A stretch of DNA of 64,000 nucleotides from Candidatus Woesebacteria bacterium (GTDB taxonomy: Bacteria; Patescibacteriota; Microgenomatia; UBA8517): the NCBI GenBank assembly GCA_016700095.1, contig CP065002.1:304463-368462 (forward strand), written 5' to 3'. Position 1 is the stretch's first letter. Each line of letters opens with the position of its first letter. This document shows, piece after piece, positions 61,348 through 64,000 of this stretch. The position numbers were made by a program, and so were the translations under genes. The notes beneath the pieces are model-generated. The model was not told the origin of the DNA. It did no database searches and saw only the letters and a program-made list of their open reading frames with translations.

Positions 61348-64000
61348 TAAGAGCCTGGTTTACTGCGAGTAAACTATCCGAATCAAGAGTAATTGTCAGG
61401 TCGTCGGTTCCAGCCGGTGTAAACCCTACATTACCTGTAAAGGTAAAATCATAGTCCTGGTTAACAGCAACATCATCTGCATTAACGGTAATGCCATTAC
61501 CTGCTCCAACGGTAAAGGTGGTATCACCATCTGCACCGACAAGGACATTATCTGCTCCACCTGTAAGGCCACTTCCTGCAACTGCGTCACCTAGTAGCCT
61601 TACTGTAAAGTCAAGGTTTTCATCACCATCATCACCGTTAGTTAGATTGGTTAGTATATTGCCATCACTACTGGTGAACCTTAAGATGTTGGCATCCACA
61701 ACAGAGTAGGTATCAGTATCATCATCGGCTATCGTCCAGGAAGAGAAAGCACTTACACTGGTTGTCCATCCGCAGTTGGTTTCAGAAACATCGCAGACCA
61801 AATCATCTCCCCAGTACAGATCTCCCGATGCACTTCCTGCTGAAGCTGCATTGAAGCTAAAGACATTGTCAGTATCTGCATCATCATTAAGGCCTAAGGT
61901 GGTGCCATCAACAGACAAATTGCCTGTGATATTAACATCACCCACATTGGCATTATCTGTAATGGTCATTAGATCATTACCCGAGGTATCTTCAAAGGTT
62001 AGAGTACCTGTTGTACTTTCAAACATCCTTACTCCATCAAAGAGTAAAAAGTTTGCATCAAGGTCAAGTGCTGTAACAATATCAGTATCACTTAAATCAA
62101 TACCTGTTGTTATCCCTCCTGCTTCACTTACAAAGGAGAGACCAGTTGCTACTGCCGTATCCGTATCTGAATTATCAAGGACAAGTAGAGCTTCGGTTGC
62201 CCCACTACTTGCTGCATTATCAATTACCAATCCGTTTTGAGTACCACTTGAGCTGGCATTGGTTAAAGTAAGGGTAGTGGAGTTGGCATTTGCTGTTCCA
62301 CTAAGAGCCTGGTTTACTGCGAGTAAACTATCCGAATCAAGAGTAATTGTCAGGTCGTCGGTTCCAGCCGGTGTAAACCCTACATTACCTGTAAAGGTAA
62401 AATCATAGTCCTGGTTAACAGCAACATCATCTGCATTAACGGTAATGCCATTACCTGCTCCAACGGTAAAGGTGGTATCACCATCTGCACCGACAAGGAC
62501 ATTATCTGCTCCACCTGTAAGGCCACTTCCTGCAACTGCGTCACCTAGTAGCCTTACTGTAAAGTCAAGGTTTTCATCACCATCATCACCGTTAGTTAGA
62601 TTGGTTAGTATATTGCCATCACTACTGGTGAACCTTAAGATGTTGGCATCCACAACAGAGTAGGTATCAGTATCATCATCGGCTATCGTCCAGGAAGAGA
62701 AAGCACTTACACTGGTTGTCCATCCGCAGTTGGTTTCAGAAACATCGCAGACCAAATCATCTCCCCAGTACAGATCTCCCGATGCACTTCCTGCTGAAGC
62801 TGCATTGAAGCCAAAGACATTGTCAGTATCTGCATCATCATTAAGGCCTAAGGTGGTGCCATCAACAGACAAATTGCCTGTGATATTAACATCACCCACA
62901 TTGGCATTATCTGTAATGGTCATTAGATCATTACCCGAGGTATCTTCAAAGGTTAGAGTACCTGTTGTACTTTCAAACATCCTTACTCCATCAAAGAGTA
63001 AAAAGTTTGCATCAAGGTCAAGTGCTGTAACAATATCAGTATCACTTAAATCAATACCTGTTGTTATCCCTCCTGCTTCACTTACAAAGGAGAGACCAGT
63101 TGCTACTGCCGTATCCGTATCTGAATTATCAAGGACAAGTAGAGCTTCGGTTGCCCCACTACTTGCTGCATTATCAATTACCAATCCGTTTTGAGTACCA
63201 CTTGAGCTGGCATTGGTTAAAGTAAGGGTAGTGGAGTTGGCATTTGCTGTTCCACTAAGAGCCTGGTTTACTGCGAGTAAACTATCCGAATCAAGAGTAA
63301 TTGTCAGGTCATCGGTTCCAGCCGGTGTAAACCCTACATTACCTGTAAAGGTAAAATCATAGTCCTGGTTAACAGCAACATCATCTGCATTAACGGTAAT
63401 GCCATTACCTGCTCCAACGGTAAAGGTGGTATCACCATCTGCACCGACAAGGACATTATCTGCTCCACCTGTAAGGCCACTTCCTGCAACTGCGTCACCT
63501 AGTAGCCTTACTGTAAAGTCAAGGTTTTCATCACCATCATCACCGTTAGTTAGATTGGTTAGTATATTGCCATCACTACTGGTGAACCTTAAGATGTTGG
63601 CATCCACAACAGAGTAGGTATCAGTATCATCATCGGCTATCGTCCAGGAAGAGAAAGCACTTACACTGGTTGTCCATCCGCAGTTGGTTTCAGAAACATC
63701 GCAGACCAAATCATCTCCCCAGTACAGATCTCCCGATGCACTTCCTGCTGAAGCTGCATTGAAGCCAAAGACATTGTCAGTATCTGCATCATCATTAAGG
63801 CCTAAGGTGGTGCCATCAACAGACAAATTGCCTGTGATATTAACATCACCTACATTGGCATTATCTGTAATGGTCATTAGATCATTACCCGAGGTATCTT
63901 CAAAGGTTAGAGTACCTGTTGTACTTTCAAACATCCTTACTCCATCAAAGAGTAAAAAGTTTGCATCAAGGTCAAGTGCTGTAACAATATCAGTATCACT
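59850..64000. repeat. Tandem array of 954-bp (318-codon) repeats, at least 4.3 copies, nearly identical. It runs off the window.
   Basis: Identical antisense ORFs start at 60536, 61491, 62445 and 63399 (spacing 955/954/954). Another set starts at 59867, 60821, 61776 and 62730. Confidence 0.9.
61265..64000 (-). pseudogene. Upstream part of the same giant repeat adhesin gene, disconnected by a +1 frameshift. It continues beyond the window end.
   Basis: Same 318-aa repeats, with 889 aa visible. Its C-terminal 'TLYFNQCQLKWYSKRIGN' diverges from the repeat consensus 'TLTLTNASSSGTQ' exactly where one repeat copy has 'gtaaaggg' instead of 'gtaaggg'. Confidence 0.6.

Noticed and set aside
60536-63617. 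Periodic identical 72-aa and 154-aa plus-strand ORFs at 60536, 61491, 62445, 63399 and at 60821, 61776, 62730
   Set aside because: They are the antisense reading frames of the 954-bp tandem repeat on the minus-strand adhesin gene. They are useful for measuring the repeat period but are not genes.

Overview
This is an AT-rich (~38% GC) cell-envelope and glycan island, probably from an uncultivated small-genome lineage. A CPR/Patescibacteria bacterium fits best. A DPANN-like archaeon cannot be excluded from sequence alone.

Three paralogous giant ORFs of 2583, 1351 and 3509 aa dominate the window. All three share one unusual architecture:
- Two or three transposase-type helix-turn-helix modules at the N-terminus, presumed cytoplasmic.
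- A processive family-2 glycosyltransferase (GT2) core with the D, DxD, TED and QRMRW motifs, flanked by transmembrane (TM) helices.
- A very large Thr/Ser/Gly/Asp-rich predicted extracytoplasmic region, which in two paralogs includes a LamG (concanavalin-A-like) domain.
- A C-terminal tail of 'VPE' + hydrophobic helix + Lys/Arg cluster, resembling a PEP-CTERM or archaeosortase sorting signal.

Two of the three giants are followed by a ~190 aa polytopic membrane protein with a conserved 'WNCLGWQS' Cys motif and an 'N-x-F-R' motif. I interpret these as miniature exosortase/archaeosortase-domain proteins, similar to XrtG.

The giant paralogs are mosaic. Paralogs 1 and 3 share one block of ~1.5 kb and one of ~0.5 kb that are identical at the DNA level. 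Paralogs 1 and 2 share a ~280 bp identical patch inside the TM region. This points to gene conversion or cassette exchange.

Downstream there is a tightly overlapping operon of:
- a GT-C-like membrane protein;
- four class-I SAM methyltransferases;
- two paralogous ~1000 aa YfhO-like ('6-pyruvoyl-tetrahydropterin-synthase-related') membrane proteins;
- a GT1 glycosyltransferase.

After that come an orphan response-regulator receiver domain with a duplicated leader, a Cache-like sensor, and an O-antigen-ligase + TPR protein.

The 3' end carries two further giant surface proteins:
- One has six LamG domains.
- The other is a repeat adhesin built from 954-bp tandem repeats that run off the window. 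It is split by a +1 A homopolymer frameshift.

A 20-bp minisatellite with two hairpins lies at 29.6 kb.
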